Shown here: piece by piece, positions 38,419-51,876 of the stretch
Layout: every line of letters begins with the position of its first letter
Numbering within the stretch: the stretch's first letter is position 1
Source of the DNA: an uncultured Gemmatimonadales bacterium
GTDB lineage: Bacteria; Gemmatimonadota; Gemmatimonadetes; Gemmatimonadales; GWC2-71-9
Length of the DNA stretch: 64,000 nucleotides
Reading direction: 5' to 3'
Assembly: GCA_963730185.1 (NCBI GenBank)
Contig: CAVSQW010000015.1
Coordinates: 416,001-480,000 of the forward strand
Position numbers and translations under genes: made by a program
The notes under the pieces: generated by a model
Told to the model about the DNA's origin: nothing
The model's input: only the letters and a program-made list of their open reading frames with translations
Database searches by the model: none

Positions 38419-38904
38419 ATGAGCCAGCAAGCTAACAAAACCGCGGAGGAGAACGGACGGGTCTCGGTGGCACGAAATCCGCGGGCGACTCACGACTACC
38501 ACGTGATGGACACGATGGAGGCGGGGATCGTCCTCACCGGCACCGAAGTGAAGAGCCTGCGGCAGCGGAAAGCCTCGATCAAGGAGGCCTTCGGAGTCCT
38601 CCGTCGTGGTGAGGTTTGGCTCGAGGGGATGCACATCACGCCGTACGAGCAGGGCAACCGGTACAACCACGAGCCGGTTCGCTCGCGGAAGCTCCTCCTG
38701 CATCGCCGGGAGATCGAGCGGTTGATCGGCTCGGTGGAGCAGAAGGGCTTTGCTCTGGTTCCGCTCGAAGTGTATTTCCGGAAGGGGCACGCGAAGGTGA
38801 CGCTGGCGTTGGGCAAGGGCAAGAAGACCCACGATCGACGGGAAGACCTCAAGCGGCGGATCGCGGACCGGGAGGTCGCCCGGGCGCTCCGAGGGCGGGG
38901 CTGA
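38419..38904 (+). CDS. smpB: SsrA-binding protein
   Basis: EAGIVLTGTEVKSLR, RSRKLLLHRREI, GKGKKTHDRRE. Confidence 0.97.
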   Translation: MSQQANKTAEENGRVSVARNPRATHDYHVMDTMEAGIVLTGTEVKSLRQRKASIKEAFGVLRRGEVWLEGMHITPYEQGNRYNHEPVRSRKLLLHRREIERLIGSVEQKGFALVPLEVYFRKGHAKVTLALGKGKKTHDRREDLKRRIADREVARALRGRG

Positions 38905-40158
38905 TGATCGGCCTGGCCCTCGCTGTCGCGTTGGCGTACCCGCCGGTGGTGGCGCCACCGCCGCCCCCCATCGCGGCGCCGATGACGCTTCTGGTCGCCA
39001 CCGCGCGCGGCGACATCCGGGTGGCCGTCCATCTCGATCCCGAGTTCGGCCCGGTGGTGTCCGCTCCGATCCTGATCCCGGCCCTGGGCGGGCGGCTGGC
39101 CGTCGACGGGGCCTGGGCCGAGGTCGAAGTGGCCCGGCAGCCGTTCCGGCTCCTGTTGGGAGCCCCGGTCTACGCGATCGGCAAGCTGATCAAGCCGCTG
39201 GTGGGCGCCGCCATGGTTCGCCGTGACACCCTCCTGCTCCCGATCGATTTCGTCACCCGGGTCATTCCCGCCGAGCTGAAAGAGCGCTACCGCTACGAGC
39301 CCGAGGCCGGGCGATTGGTGGAATTGGCCGGCCGCACGGCCGGCCCGGCCCTCCTGGCGGCCGCGAAGGACCCCAACCGGCTGCCCAACGGCCTCCGGAA
39401 AGGCCACGTCGTCACCGTCGACGCCGGTCACGGCGGGGTCGACCCCGGGAATCCCGGACTCTTCTTTCCCCGGGGGGTGACCGAGTCCGACGTGACCCTG
39501 CAGGTCAGCCTCCTCCTCCGCGAGGAGCTGCTCAAGCGGGGTATCGGCGTAATCATGACCCGCACCACCGACACCCTGATCGACCTGGGCCACCGGGGCA
39601 GCTACTGCAGCGGCCGGTGCGATCTCTTCGTGAGCATCCACGTCAACTCGCTGCCCCGGCGGGCCGGATACACGAGCGTCCGCGGGTTCGAGACCTACTT
39701 CCTCGCCGAGGCCAAGACCGAGGACGCCGCCCGGGTGGCCCGGATGGAGAACGAGGCCGTTCGCTTCGATGCGTCGCGCCCAGGAGCTCGAGCAGGGCAA
39801 CGGCCTCGATTTCATCCTCAAGGACCTCCAGCTCAACGAGCACCTTCGCGAATCGGGCCGGCTGGCCGAGCTGATCCAGTCGCACATGGCCGAAGTGCAG
39901 ACCGGCCCGGATCGGGGGGTGAAGCAGGGCGGACTGATGGTGCTCACGACCGCCCGCCGGCCCGCCGTGCTGGTCGAGCTCGGTTACGCGACCAACCGCC
40001 AGGACGCGGCCCTGATGACCGCCCGCCGGTCGCAGCGGAACCTGGCGTCGTCGATCGCCGACGGGATCGTGTCCTACCTCCTCGAGTACGAGCGGCGGGC
40101 CGGTCTGGCCTCGCCTGAAGCGGAAGCGCGGGCCGGATCCGGAGCGGGCCGCGAGTGA
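38904..40158 (+). CDS. N-acetylmuramoyl-L-alanine amidase (Amidase_3; indel near 39780)
   Basis: VDAGHGGVDPG, MTRTTD, FVSIHVNS, GFETY, AVLVELGY. Confidence 0.9.
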
Positions 40159-41033
40159 CGGCGCCTCCGGCGACCGGACCCATCACCCTCGTCGGCCTTT
40201 CATTTCAGAATCCCATCCTCCTCGCCGCCGGCACTGCCGGCTTCGGCCGGGAGCTGGCCGGGACGATCGACCTCGATGCCCTGGGTGGTCTCGTGACCAA
40301 GGCCGTGTCGTTGGCGCCCCGCTCGGGCAACGCCGCGCCTCGGGTGGGTGAGTTTTCCGGGGGCATGGTCAACTCGGTAGGGCTGGCCAATCCCGGCCTG
40401 GCCCGGGTCGTGGCCGACGAGCTGCCCTGGCTCGCAGCGCACCTCGATCGGGCCCGGGTCCTCGCCAACGTGGTCGGCTTCACCGACGACGAGTACGGTC
40501 GGGTGGTCGAGGGTCTCGAGGCCGCTCCGTCGCTGGCGGGCTACGAGCTCAACCTCTCCTGCCCGAACACGTCCGCCGGAGGGATCGAGTTCGGCGCCGA
40601 TCCGGAGGCGGTGGCGCGGATCGTCGCCGATTGCCGGGGTCGGACCCGGCGCCCCCTGTTCGTGAAGCTCTCGCCCGCGCTCCCCGACATCCCCGGGCTG
40701 GCGGCGGCCGCGGTTGCCGCCGGCGCGGATGGCATTAGCGTAGTGAATACCATGCCCGGACTGATCTTCGAAGGCTCCCATCCCCGGCTCGGCAACGGTC
40801 ACGGCGGCGTGAGCGGCCCGGCCCTGCTGCCGGTCGGGCTGCTGGCGACCGCGCGGGTCCGGCGGCGGCTTCCCGAGGTGCCGATCATCGGAGTCGGCGG
40901 CGTGACCACGCTCGAGCACGTCGACCAGTATCTCCGGGCGGGCGCCAACCTGGTGGCGATCGGGACTGGCGGGCTGGCCGCGCCCCGCCTCCCCGAGCGG
41001 CTGGCTCGCGCCTGGATGGCCCGTCGTGGCTGA
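40155..41033 (+). CDS. pyrD: Dihydroorotate dehydrogenase (family 1)
   Basis: NSVGLANPG, ELNLSCPN, VKLSP, VNT, GGVSGP, IIGVGG. Confidence 0.93.
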   Translation: MTAPPATGPITLVGLSFQNPILLAAGTAGFGRELAGTIDLDALGGLVTKAVSLAPRSGNAAPRVGEFSGGMVNSVGLANPGLARVVADELPWLAAHLDRARVLANVVGFTDDEYGRVVEGLEAAPSLAGYELNLSCPNTSAGGIEFGADPEAVARIVADCRGRTRRPLFVKLSPALPDIPGLAAAAVAAGADGISVVNTMPGLIFEGSHPRLGNGHGGVSGPALLPVGLLATARVRRRLPEVPIIGVGGVTTLEHVDQYLRAGANLVAIGTGGLAAPRLPERLARAWMARRG

Positions 41034-41709
41034 GCTGATCCTGGCCCTGGACCGGCCCGACCCGGACGACGCCCGGGCGATGGTGGAGCGCATTGGCGGG
41101 CTGGAGTGGGTGAAGATCGGGTCGGTCCTCTTTACCCGGGGCGGGCCCCCGCTGGTGGGATGGCTCCGCGATCGGGGGCACCGAGTCTTCCTCGACCTCA
41201 AGTGGCACGACATCCCCAACACGGTGCGCGGAGCGGTAGCCAACGCCCGGGTCATGGGGGTCTCGATGATCACGGTCCACACGCTCGGCGGCCGGGCCAT
41301 GCTGGAGGCCGCGCGCGACGCCGCCGGCTTCGATCTCCAGGTGGTCGGCGTGACGGTGCTGACCTCACACGACCTGGCCGGATATACCGAGGCGGTCGGC
41401 TGCCGGCCGGCCGGGCTCGCGGACGAAGCCGGCCGGTTGGCGACCCTGGCCCGCTCAGCTGGGCTGGACGGGGTGGTCTGTTCGCCGCTCGAGGCGGCGG
41501 CCCTTCGCGCCACCTTGGGGCCCGAAGCCTTGCTGGTTACCCCCGGGATTCGGGCCGCCGGGTCCGCCCCCGGCGATCAGGCGCGTGTGGCCACCGCGGC
41601 GGCCGCCGTCCAGGCGGGGGCCAGCCACCTGGTGGTGGGCCGTCCGGTGCTCGAGGCCGCCGATCCCGGCCTGGCGTGGGCGGCCCTCCGGGCGGAGGTG
41701 GCCGGATGA
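41026..41709 (+). CDS. pyrF: Orotidine-5'-phosphate decarboxylase
   Basis: LILALD, FLDLKWHDIPNTV, VTVLTS, TPGIR, DQAR, VVGRP. Confidence 0.96.
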   Translation: MAELILALDRPDPDDARAMVERIGGLEWVKIGSVLFTRGGPPLVGWLRDRGHRVFLDLKWHDIPNTVRGAVANARVMGVSMITVHTLGGRAMLEAARDAAGFDLQVVGVTVLTSHDLAGYTEAVGCRPAGLADEAGRLATLARSAGLDGVVCSPLEAAALRATLGPEALLVTPGIRAAGSAPGDQARVATAAAAVQAGASHLVVGRPVLEAADPGLAWAALRAEVAG

Positions 41710-42137
41710 TCTCGGGGCTGGCCCGGTGGGGAATCGCTGGCGCGGCCGTCCTGGCGCTGGCGGCGGCGCCGGGGCGCCAGTCCGACCTCGCCGGTCTGGC
41801 CGAGGAAGTCCGCCAGGCCTTTCTCCATCACACCTTCTCCGAAGTGCTGTCCGACGCTCAGGACGTCCGCCTTCGGCTTCCCGGCCAGCCGGTCGGATCG
41901 GGCGTCCGGGGCGATGTCGCGGCCGCGGCCCTGGACGCCTACACCCGGCGCCACCGGGAGTTGGAGGTCGACGTGCTGGGTGCCGCGGTGGTCGCGCCTG
42001 GGCACGGCTATGTGGAGCTCCGACGCCGATTTCGAACGGTCGCCGTGGACCAGGAACAGGTCCAGCGGATCCTCCTGAGCGGCCGGCTGGTGAACGACCG
42101 CTGGCGGGTCGTGGAGCTCTGGATCGTCGACCAGTAG
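41706..42137 (+). CDS. Hypothetical exported protein
   Basis: ATGA overlap with pyrF; hydrophobic N-terminus; ends WRVVELWI. Confidence 0.65.
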   Translation: MISGLARWGIAGAAVLALAAAPGRQSDLAGLAEEVRQAFLHHTFSEVLSDAQDVRLRLPGQPVGSGVRGDVAAAALDAYTRRHRELEVDVLGAAVVAPGHGYVELRRRFRTVAVDQEQVQRILLSGRLVNDRWRVVELWIVDQ

Positions 42138-42175
42138 GGTGGTCGCGGGGCAGGCCGTCTTGGGTTCCTCTCCTC

Positions 42176-42204
42176 TTGCAATAAGTCCAATGGCGGGATA
42201 GCTT
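42176..42204 (+). promoter_or_regulatory. Putative sigma70 promoter of the rpmJ-rplQ operon
   Basis: TTGCAA-N17-TAGCTT in an AT-richer intergenic stretch. Confidence 0.65.
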
Positions 42205-42244
42205 TGCAAGCTCCCCTGAAACCGGGCGTCCTGGAGAGGGAACA

Positions 42245-42361
42245 GTGAAGGTACGGTCGAGCGTCAAACCCATTTGCGAGCACTGTAAGGTGATCCGGCG
42301 CCGAGGCGTGGTTCGGGTCATTTGCAAGCGCAATCCCAAGCACAAGCAGCGGCAGGGGTAA
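42245..42361 (+). CDS. rpmJ: 50S ribosomal protein L36 (absent from the ORF track)
   Basis: GTG start; [38 protein letters not shown]. Confidence 0.97.
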   Translation: MKVRSSVKPICEHCKVIRRRGVVRVICKRNPKHKQRQG

Positions 42362-42364
42362 GGC

Positions 42365-42745
42365 ATGGCTCGTATTGCGGGTGTGGATCTTCCACGAGAC
42401 AGGCGGGTCGAGACGGCCCTGACGTACATCTATGGCATCGGGTTGCCGACCAGTCGCCGACTGGTGACGGATTCGGGGATCAGTCCCGAAACCCGGGTCC
42501 GCGATCTCTCGGACGCCGAGGTGGCTCGGCTCCGGCAGATGATCGAGCGAAGCGTGAAGGTGGAAGGCGCGCTCCGGACCGAGATCGCCATGAACATCAA
42601 GCGACTGATGGACATTGGGTCCTACCGGGGTGCTCGGCATCGCCGGGGCCTCCCGGTTCGCGGCCAGCGGACCCACACCAATGCCCGGACCAAGAAGGGT
42701 CCCCGGCGGGCGATTGCCGGCAAGAAGAAGGCGACGAAGAAGTAA
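42365..42745 (+). CDS. rpsM: 30S ribosomal protein S13
   Basis: [36 protein letters not shown]. Confidence 0.98.
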   Translation: MARIAGVDLPRDRRVETALTYIYGIGLPTSRRLVTDSGISPETRVRDLSDAEVARLRQMIERSVKVEGALRTEIAMNIKRLMDIGSYRGARHRRGLPVRGQRTHTNARTKKGPRRAIAGKKKATKK

Positions 42746-42748
42746 GCT

Positions 42749-43270
42749 ATGACTGCACCGGAAACTCCCGAGAAGGCCCCGGCACCGAAAGAGCCGGCCG
42801 CGTCGCCGCCGGCTGCCGCGTCGACCGCTCCGGCTCCAGCCGCGCCGGCTCCAGCCGCGCCGGCGGCGGCCGCCGCCACGTCGACACCGGCCCCCAAGGG
42901 GGCCAAGCGCTCCCGGAAGGTGGTCGAGTCGGAGGGCGTCGCCCACATCATGGCGACCTTCAACAACACGATCGTCACGATCACCGACGCCAAGGGCAAC
43001 ACGGTGGCGTGGGGCACCGCGGGCAAGGCCGGCTTCAAGGGCTCCAAGAAGTCCACGCCCTTCGCGGCGACCGTGGCGGCCGAAGGGGTGGCGCGCGACG
43101 CGCTGAACCTCGGGGTGCGCCGGGTTCACGTGCTGGTGCAGGGGCCGGGCAGCGGCCGCGAGTCGGCTATCCAGGCCCTCGCCTCGGCGGGGCTCCGGGT
43201 GGTCTCGATCAAAGACGTGACGCCGATCCCCCACAACGGCTGCCGGCCTCCGAAGAAGCGCAGGGTCTGA
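42749..43270 (+). CDS. rpsK: 30S ribosomal protein S11 with long Ala/Pro N-terminal extension
   Basis: [43 protein letters not shown]. Confidence 0.97.
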   Translation: MTAPETPEKAPAPKEPAASPPAAASTAPAPAAPAPAAPAAAAATSTPAPKGAKRSRKVVESEGVAHIMATFNNTIVTITDAKGNTVAWGTAGKAGFKGSKKSTPFAATVAAEGVARDALNLGVRRVHVLVQGPGSGRESAIQALASAGLRVVSIKDVTPIPHNGCRPPKKRRV

Positions 43271-43273
43271 TCC

Positions 43274-43913
43274 ATGGCTCGTTACTCCGGTCCCGCGTGC
43301 CGGCTTTGCCGCCGCGAAGGCACCAAGCTGTTCTTGAAGGGCACCCGCTGCTTCACCGAGAAGTGCGCCGTGGAGCGCCGGAGCTACGCGCCCGGCCAGC
43401 ACGGCATGGGTGGTGGCCGGGGGAGTCGGAAGATGTCCGAATACGCCCGCCAGCTCCGCGAGAAGCAGAAGGTCAAGCGGGTCTACGGGCTCAATGAGAA
43501 GCAGTTCCGGAATACCTTCGAGACCGCCGCCCTGCAGCCGGGCGTGACGGGCACCAATCTGCTGGTCGCCCTCGAATCGCGGCTCGACAACCTCATCTAC
43601 CGGATGGGGTTCACCACCAGTCGCCGGGGTGCCCGGCAGCTCGTTCGCCACGGCCACGTCGAAATCGACGGCCGCCGGGTCGACGTGCCGTCGTATCACG
43701 TCAAGCCGGGTCAGGAAATCCGGGTGGCGGCGGGCAGCCGGGAGATGGTGCCGATCAAGGTGGCGCAGGACATGGCGAAGCCGCGGAGCGCCGGTGTCGT
43801 GGCTCTCCGTGGACGATCAGAAGCTCGTCGGCCGGATGACGAGCTGCCCACGCGCGAGGCGATCCCGATCACCGCGCAGGAGCAGCTCGGTCGTCGAGCT
43901 GTACTCGAAGTGA
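43274..43913 (+). CDS. rpsD: 30S ribosomal protein S4 (indels in the 3' part)
   Basis: MARYSGPACRLCRREG, QLREKQK, LESRLDN, ARQLVRHGH; ends VVELYSK in another frame. Confidence 0.95.
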
Positions 43914-43926
43914 GCGTGGGACCTCG

Positions 43927-44992
43927 ATGACGATCGATCTGACCGGCCTGGTTCGCCCGCACCTCGTCGAGATGACGAAGCGGGAGGACAATCCCAACAT
44001 CGCCGAGTTCCGGCTCCAGCCGCTGGAGCGGGGCTTCGGCTACACGCTCGGCAACTCCCTCCGGCGAATGCTCCTCTCCTCGCTCCGAGGGACCGCCGTC
44101 TGGGGCTTCCGGCTCGACGGCGTGGTGCACGAGCACCAGACCGTCCAGGGCGTGCTCGAGGACGTGCACCAGATCGTGCAGCGCCTCAAGGCGCTGACCC
44201 TGGTGCTCGACCCCGACATCGACGAGGCCGTACTCCGGATTCGCCGCGAAGGCAAGGGCCCGGTCTACGCCCGCGACATCCAGGAGAACGCCAACGTCAC
44301 GGTGCGTGAATCCCGACCACCTGCTGTTCACGCTGCAGGAAGATCGGGACATCAGCTGCGAGCTCTACGTCAACAAGGGCGGGGTTACGTCGAGTCCGAG
44401 CTGCACCCGCTCGACCGCTCGCTGCCGGTCGACCTGGTCCGGATCGACGCGATCTACAATCCCGTCCGGCGGGCGAACTTCACCGTCAGCCGAGACCCGA
44501 GTCGGTCAGCGCACCGACTACGACCGGCTCGCCGTCACGGTGGAGACCAACGGCACCATCACCCCCGAGGACGCGATCGCCTATGCGGCCGCTCTGGCCC
44601 AGGAGCACTTCCGCTACTTCGTGGAGTTCGGCAAGGTCCCGACCGCGCGCCCGAGTGCCACGCCCGAGACCGTCATCGGTCGGCCGGCGGGCTGGCCCTG
44701 ACCCTGGGCCGCCTGATCGACGACCTCGGACTCTCCGTCCGGACCCTCAACTCGCTCAAGAACTCCAACATCCGGACCCTCAAGGATCTGGTGGAGTACA
44801 GCGAGGAAGAGCTGCTCGACGTCAAGAACGTGGGCGAGAAGGCCGTGGCCGAGATCGGCGACCTGCTGCGGCAGGAGGGGCTCGATTCGGGATGACCTTC
44901 GAAGAGATCGAGGGCGAGCTCCGGGTGCTCGACGCCGGCGTCGCTGCCGAGCCTCGGCCGCCGGCGACGGTGCCGGAGAAGGGACCGCCTGA
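43927..44992 (+). CDS. rpoA: RNA polymerase alpha subunit (several indels; end approximate)
   Basis: PLERGFGYTLGNSLRRMLLSSL, IDAIYNPV, TRVGQRTDYDRL, alpha-CTD LGLSVRTLNSLK. Confidence 0.93.
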
Positions 44993-44995
44993 CCC

Positions 44996-45352
44996 ATGCG
45001 GCATCGCGCCAAGGGACGCCAGCTGTCCCGGACCTCGGAGCCACCGGCGGCGTTGCTCCGGAACATGGCCATCAGCCTGTTCATGCACGAGCGGATCGTG
45101 ACGACCACGGCCAAGGCCAAGGAGCTCCGGCCCTTCGCCGAGCGGCTCATCACCCTGGCGCGGCGGGGAGACCTCCACGCCCGGCGCCTGGCCGAGCGGA
45201 AGATCCAGGACCGCGAGGCCCTGACCCGGCTCTTCGCCGAGATCGGCCCCCGGTTCGCCGGCCGGCCCGGCGGCTATACCCGGATTCTCAAGCTGGGCCA
45301 CCGGGTGGGCGACGGCGCCGAGACGGCGCGGATCGAGTTGCTTGCCGAGTGA
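44996..45352 (+). CDS. rplQ: 50S ribosomal protein L17
   Basis: MRHR, TTTAKAKELR, RPGGYTRILK..RVGDGA. Confidence 0.97.
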   Translation: MRHRAKGRQLSRTSEPPAALLRNMAISLFMHERIVTTTAKAKELRPFAERLITLARRGDLHARRLAERKIQDREALTRLFAEIGPRFAGRPGGYTRILKLGHRVGDGAETARIELLAE

Positions 45353-45378
45353 TGGCAGGTCCCGACTTCCGGACAACG

Positions 45379-45408
45379 AAAACGGGGACCCTCGGGTCCC
45401 CGTTTTTT
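45379..45408. terminator. Bidirectional intrinsic terminator between rplQ and rpmB
   Basis: AAAACGGGGACC-CTCG-GGTCCCCGTTTTTT between convergent genes. Confidence 0.85.
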
Positions 45409-45429
45409 CTGTCGGCGGCCGCGGCCCGC

Positions 45430-45621
45430 TCAGGCCGCTTTGGTCACCTTGCCGCTCCGAATGCAGCGGGTGCAGACCCGGACCCGCTTGGGCGCCCCGT
45501 CGACCATGGTCCGGACGGTCTGGAGATTGGGCATCCACCGCCGCCGCCGCTTGTTGTGGGCGTGGCTGACATGGTTGCCGGTCGCCGGACCCTTGCCGCA
45601 AATGGTGCAAACCCGTGCCAT
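45430..45621 (-). CDS. rpmB: 50S ribosomal protein L28
   Basis: [38 protein letters not shown]. Confidence 0.97.
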   Translation of the reverse strand: MARVCTICGKGPATGNHVSHAHNKRRRRWMPNLQTVRTMVDGAPKRVRVCTRCIRSGKVTKAA

Positions 45622-45667
45622 GACGTACCCCTCGTGCGTCCTGTGTCTACTGCTGAAAGAGCCCAGA

Positions 45668-45696
45668 AATATAAGCCTCATGCTATTTTGAGACAA
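45668..45696 (-). promoter_or_regulatory. Putative sigma70 promoter of rpmB
   Basis: Minus strand TTGTCT-N17-TATATT. Confidence 0.7.
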
Positions 45697-45716
45697 CCAC
45701 GGAGGCAAGAGGTCGG

Positions 45717-47613
<1,897 letters not shown>

Positions 47614-47630
<17 letters not shown>

Positions 47631-50600
47631 CCTCCGGTCGATTCTCCTCATCGGATCCGGCCCGATCGTGATCGGACAGGGTGCCGAGTTCGACTACTCC
47701 GGCACTCAGGCGGCGCGGGCTCTCAAGGAAGAGGGCTACCGGGTGATCCTGGTGAATTCCAACCCGGCCACCATCATGACCGATCCGGAGGTCGCCGACC
47801 GGACCTACATCGAGCCGGTGACCCCGGAATGGGTGGAGAAGATCATCGCCCGGGAACGGCCCGACGCCCTCCTGCCCACGATGGGCGGTCAGACCGGCCT
47901 CAACGTGGCGATGGAGCTCTACCGGAGCGGGGTGCTCCAGAAGTACGGGGTCGAGCTGATCGGCGCCAACGAGCGCGCGATCCGAATCGCCGAGGATCGG
48001 AACGAGTTCGCCAAGGCCATGCGGCGGATCGGCCTCCGGACGCCGGAAGGGGTGACGGTCACGTCGGTGGAGGAGGGCCTGGCCGCGGTCGAGCGGACCG
48101 GGTACCCCGCCATCCTCCGGCCCTCGTACACGCTGGGCGGCACGGGCGGGGGGATCGCCTACAACCGGGAGGAGTTCGAGACCATGCTCCGCCGGGGGCT
48201 CGAGGCCTCGCCGGTCGGGTCGGTCCTGGTCGAGCGGAGCGTGATCGGGTGGAAGGAGTACGAGCTCGAGGTGATGCGTGACGGGGCCGACAACGTGGTC
48301 ATCGTCTGCTCGATCGAGAACATCGATCCGATGGGCGTCCACACCGGCGACTCGATCACCGTGGCCCCCGCGATGACGCTCTCGGACCGCGAGTACCAGG
48401 CGATGCGCGACGCCTCCTGCAAGGTGATCCGCGAGGTGGGGGTCGCGGCCGGCGGCTGCAACATCCAGTTCGCGGTGAGCCCGACCACGGGTGAGCAGCT
48501 GGTGATCGAGATGAACCCCCGGGTGTCTCGGAGCTCGGCCCTCGCCTCCAAGGCTACCGGCTTTCCGATCGCCCGGATCGGCACCAAGGTGGCGGTCGGC
48601 TATCGCCTGGACGAGCTGCCCAACGACATCACCAAGACCACTCCGGCGAGCTTCGAGCCGGTGCTCGACTACGTGGTGGTCAAGATCCCCCGGTTCGCGT
48701 TCGAGAAGTTCCCGGCGGCCGATCCGACCCTCACGACCCAGATGAAGTCGGTGGGCGAGGTGATGGCCATCGGGCGGACGTTCAAGGAGGCGTTCCAGAA
48801 GGGCTTCCGGGGCCTGGAAACGGGGCGGACCGGCTGGGTGGTCGGCGAGACCCTGGCCGACGACCGCCTCAACGACGGCTCGACCGAGGCCATCCTCGGC
48901 GCCATCCGAACGCCGACCCCGGAGCGGGTCTTCCAGATCAAGCGCGCGCTGCTCCGCGACGTGCCGGTCGAGCGGATCGCGGAACGTTCCCTGATCGACC
49001 CGTGGTTCATTCAGCAGATGCGGGAGCTGGTAGAGGCGGAGCGGGACTTCGTGGACCGGTGGACGGCTGCCCGGGCGGCCGGCACGGCGGCTGGTGACCT
49101 GCCGCCCGTCGGCCCCGCCATTCGTCAGTTGGTCCGGCGGATGAAGCGGTTCGGGTTCTCGGACGCGCAGCTGGGCGAGCTGGTGGGCCTGGACGAGCGC
49201 GAGCTCCGCGCACTTCCGCCACGAGCTCGGCATCCGGCCCGCCTACAAGATGGTCGACACCTGCGCGGGCGAGTTCCCGTCGAAGACGCCCTACCTCTAC
49301 TCGTCGTACGACGAGGAGAACGAGGCGGCCGCGGTCGGCGACAGGACGGTGATCATCCTGGGGAGCGGGCCCAACCGGATCGGCCAGGGGGTGGAGTTCG
49401 ACTACTGCTGCGTCCGGGCGGTGATGGCGCTCCGGGCGATGGGGTACCGGACGGTGATGGTCAACTCCAACCCCGAGACCGTGTCAACCGACTTCGACAT
49501 GTCGGACGCGCTCTACTTCGAGCCGCTCACCCTGGAGGACGTCCTCGAGATCGTCCACCTGGAACGGCCCCTCGGCGTCGTGGTGCAGCTCGGGGGCCAG
49601 ACCCCCCTGCCGTCTGGCCCGGGGGCTCGAGGCGGAGGGGGTGCCGATCCTGGGTACCTCGCCCGAAGCGATCGATGCGGCCGAGGACCGGGGCCGGTTC
49701 GAGGCGCTGGCCCGGGAGCTCGGCGTGGAGCAGCCCAAGAACGGGACCGCCCGCTCCCTCGCCGAGGCGCTGACGGTGGCCGACGGGGTCGGTTACCCCG
49801 TGCTGATCCGTCCGTCGTACGTCCTCGGCGGCCGGGCGATGCAGATCGTTTACGACGCCGAGTCGCTCCGCGAGTTCTTCGAGGAGGCGGTGCGGGTCGC
49901 CCCGGGGCATCCGGTGCTGATCGACCAGTTCCTGGAGGACGCCTTCGAGGTCGACGTCGACTCGCTCTCCGACGGCGAGCGGTGCATCGTGGGCGGCGTG
50001 ATGCAGCACATCGAGGACGCCGGCATCCACTCCGGCGACTCGGCCTGCGTGATGCCGCCCTATCTGGTCACCGAGGAACAGGTCGACGAGATGAAGGAGT
50101 ACACCCGCGCAGTTTGCGCTCCAGCTCGGCGTGGTGGGCCTGATGAACGTCCAGTACGCGGTCCGGCACGGGAAGGTGTACGTGCTCGAGGTGAACCCGC
50201 GGGCCTCGCGGACCATTCCCTACGTCTCCAAGACCACCGGTGTCCCGCTGGCGAGCCTGGCGGCCCAGGTGATGGTCGGGAAGACGCTGTCCGAGCTGGG
50301 CGTGGTCGACGACGTGGTCCATCCGTACGTGACCGTCAAGGAGGCCGTCTTCCCCTTCACCAAGCTGCAGGGCGTCGATCTCGTGCTCGGGCCGGAGATG
50401 CGCTCCACCGGCGAGGTGATGGGCATCGCCGACTCGCTTTGGGATGGCCTTCGCCAAGAGCCAGGTGAGCGCCGACGGCAGCCTGCCGCTGGGTGGCGCG
50501 GTGCTGGTGACGGTCAACGACCACGACAAGGCCACCGTGGTGCCGATCACCCGGCGCTTCCACGAGCTGGGCTTCCGGATCCTCGCCACCGAAGGCACCG

Positions 50601-50920
50601 CCCGTTACCTCCGGGCGCGGGGGGTGCCGGCGGAGCGGGTCCTCAAGGTGCACGAAGGACGCCCCAACCCGGTAGACCTCCTGGTCTCGGGCCAGGTGCA
50701 GCTGCTGGTCAACACCCCGCTCGGGAAGCTGACCCAGCGCGACGACTACATCCTCCGGCGAGTCGCCCTCCAGCACCGAGTGCCGTACACCACCACCATG
50801 TCGGCGGCGGCGGCGGCGTGCGACGCGATCATCGCCCTCCGGAGCCGGACCGGCGAGGTGCGCTCGCTTCAGGAATGGCACGCCATGGCCCGGGAGTTCA
50901 TGGCCGAGACCGCGGCGTGA
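47614..50920 (+). CDS. carB: Carbamoyl-phosphate synthase large subunit (several indels)
   Basis: [47 protein letters not shown], second half [18 protein letters not shown] domain. Confidence 0.96.
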
Positions 50921-51876
50921 CCACGGCGCGGGACCCGGACTTCGTCGCCGAGCTGGGGCGACGGGTCGGGGGGCGGGTGCGGGTGGACGAGCCGCTCGCC
51001 CGCTACAGCACCTACCGGATCGGTGGGCCGGCCACGGTGCTCCTGCCGGCCCGGGCCGAGGACGTCGGGGGGGCGCTGGCGCTGGCCCACGATCGCGGGG
51101 TGCCGTGGTTCGTGTTGGGGCTCGGGTCGAACGTGCTCCTGCCCGACGAGGGGATGGAGGCGCTGGTGATCCGCCTGGGCAAAGGGCTCGACCGGATCGA
51201 CGCCCAGGGCGACCGCTGGCGCTTCGGCGCGGGGCTTCCGGCGCCGCTGGCGGCCCGCAAAACGGCCGAGGCAGGGTGGGGTGGGCTGCACGTCATGGTC
51301 GGCGTGCCGGGCACGGTGGGGGGCGGGGTGTACATGAACGCCGGCTGCCACGGTGGCCAGTGGTCGGACGTGGTGGAGACCGTGGTGGCGGTCGACCCGA
51401 GTGGCGCGTCGCGGGTGTTCGCCCGGTCCGAGATCCCGTTCCAGTATCGCCGGAGCGGCCTGGACGGCTGGGTGGTGCTCGAGACGGCCGTCCGGCTGGT
51501 CTCGGCCGATCGCGAGGAGCTCAAGGCGGAGGTCACCCGGCTCTTCGAGTGGCGGCAGCGGGGGACTCCGTTCAATCAGCCCTGCTGCGGGAGCGTGTTC
51601 AAGAACCCCGCCGGGGCGGAAGGGCGCACGGCCGGCCAGCTGGTCGAAGCGGCCGGGCTCAAGGGCCAGACGATCGGGGGAGCGCGGGTCTCGCCGATGC
51701 ACGCCAACTACATCGTGAACGTCGGCGGGGCCACCGCGGCCGACGTCCGCGCCCTGATCGACCTGGCCCGACGCGAGGTCGGGGCGCGGTTCGGGGTGGC
51801 GCTGGAGACCGAAGTGAAGCGGATCGACCCCGCGGGGCGGGCCATCGAGGCGACGGGAGAGGAGAGGGCCGGGTGA
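50917..51876 (+). CDS. murB: UDP-N-acetylenolpyruvoylglucosamine reductase
   Basis: [45 protein letters not shown]. Confidence 0.95.
   Translation: MTTARDPDFVAELGRRVGGRVRVDEPLARYSTYRIGGPATVLLPARAEDVGGALALAHDRGVPWFVLGLGSNVLLPDEGMEALVIRLGKGLDRIDAQGDRWRFGAGLPAPLAARKTAEAGWGGLHVMVGVPGTVGGGVYMNAGCHGGQWSDVVETVVAVDPSGASRVFARSEIPFQYRRSGLDGWVVLETAVRLVSADREELKAEVTRLFEWRQRGTPFNQPCCGSVFKNPAGAEGRTAGQLVEAAGLKGQTIGGARVSPMHANYIVNVGGATAADVRALIDLARREVGARFGVALETEVKRIDPAGRAIEATGEERAG

Noticed and set aside
38086..38904. Genomic island or tmRNA at the tRNA-Leu/smpB locus
   Set aside because: No integrase, att duplication or compositional shift; no ssrA-like sequence recognised in the short intergenic region
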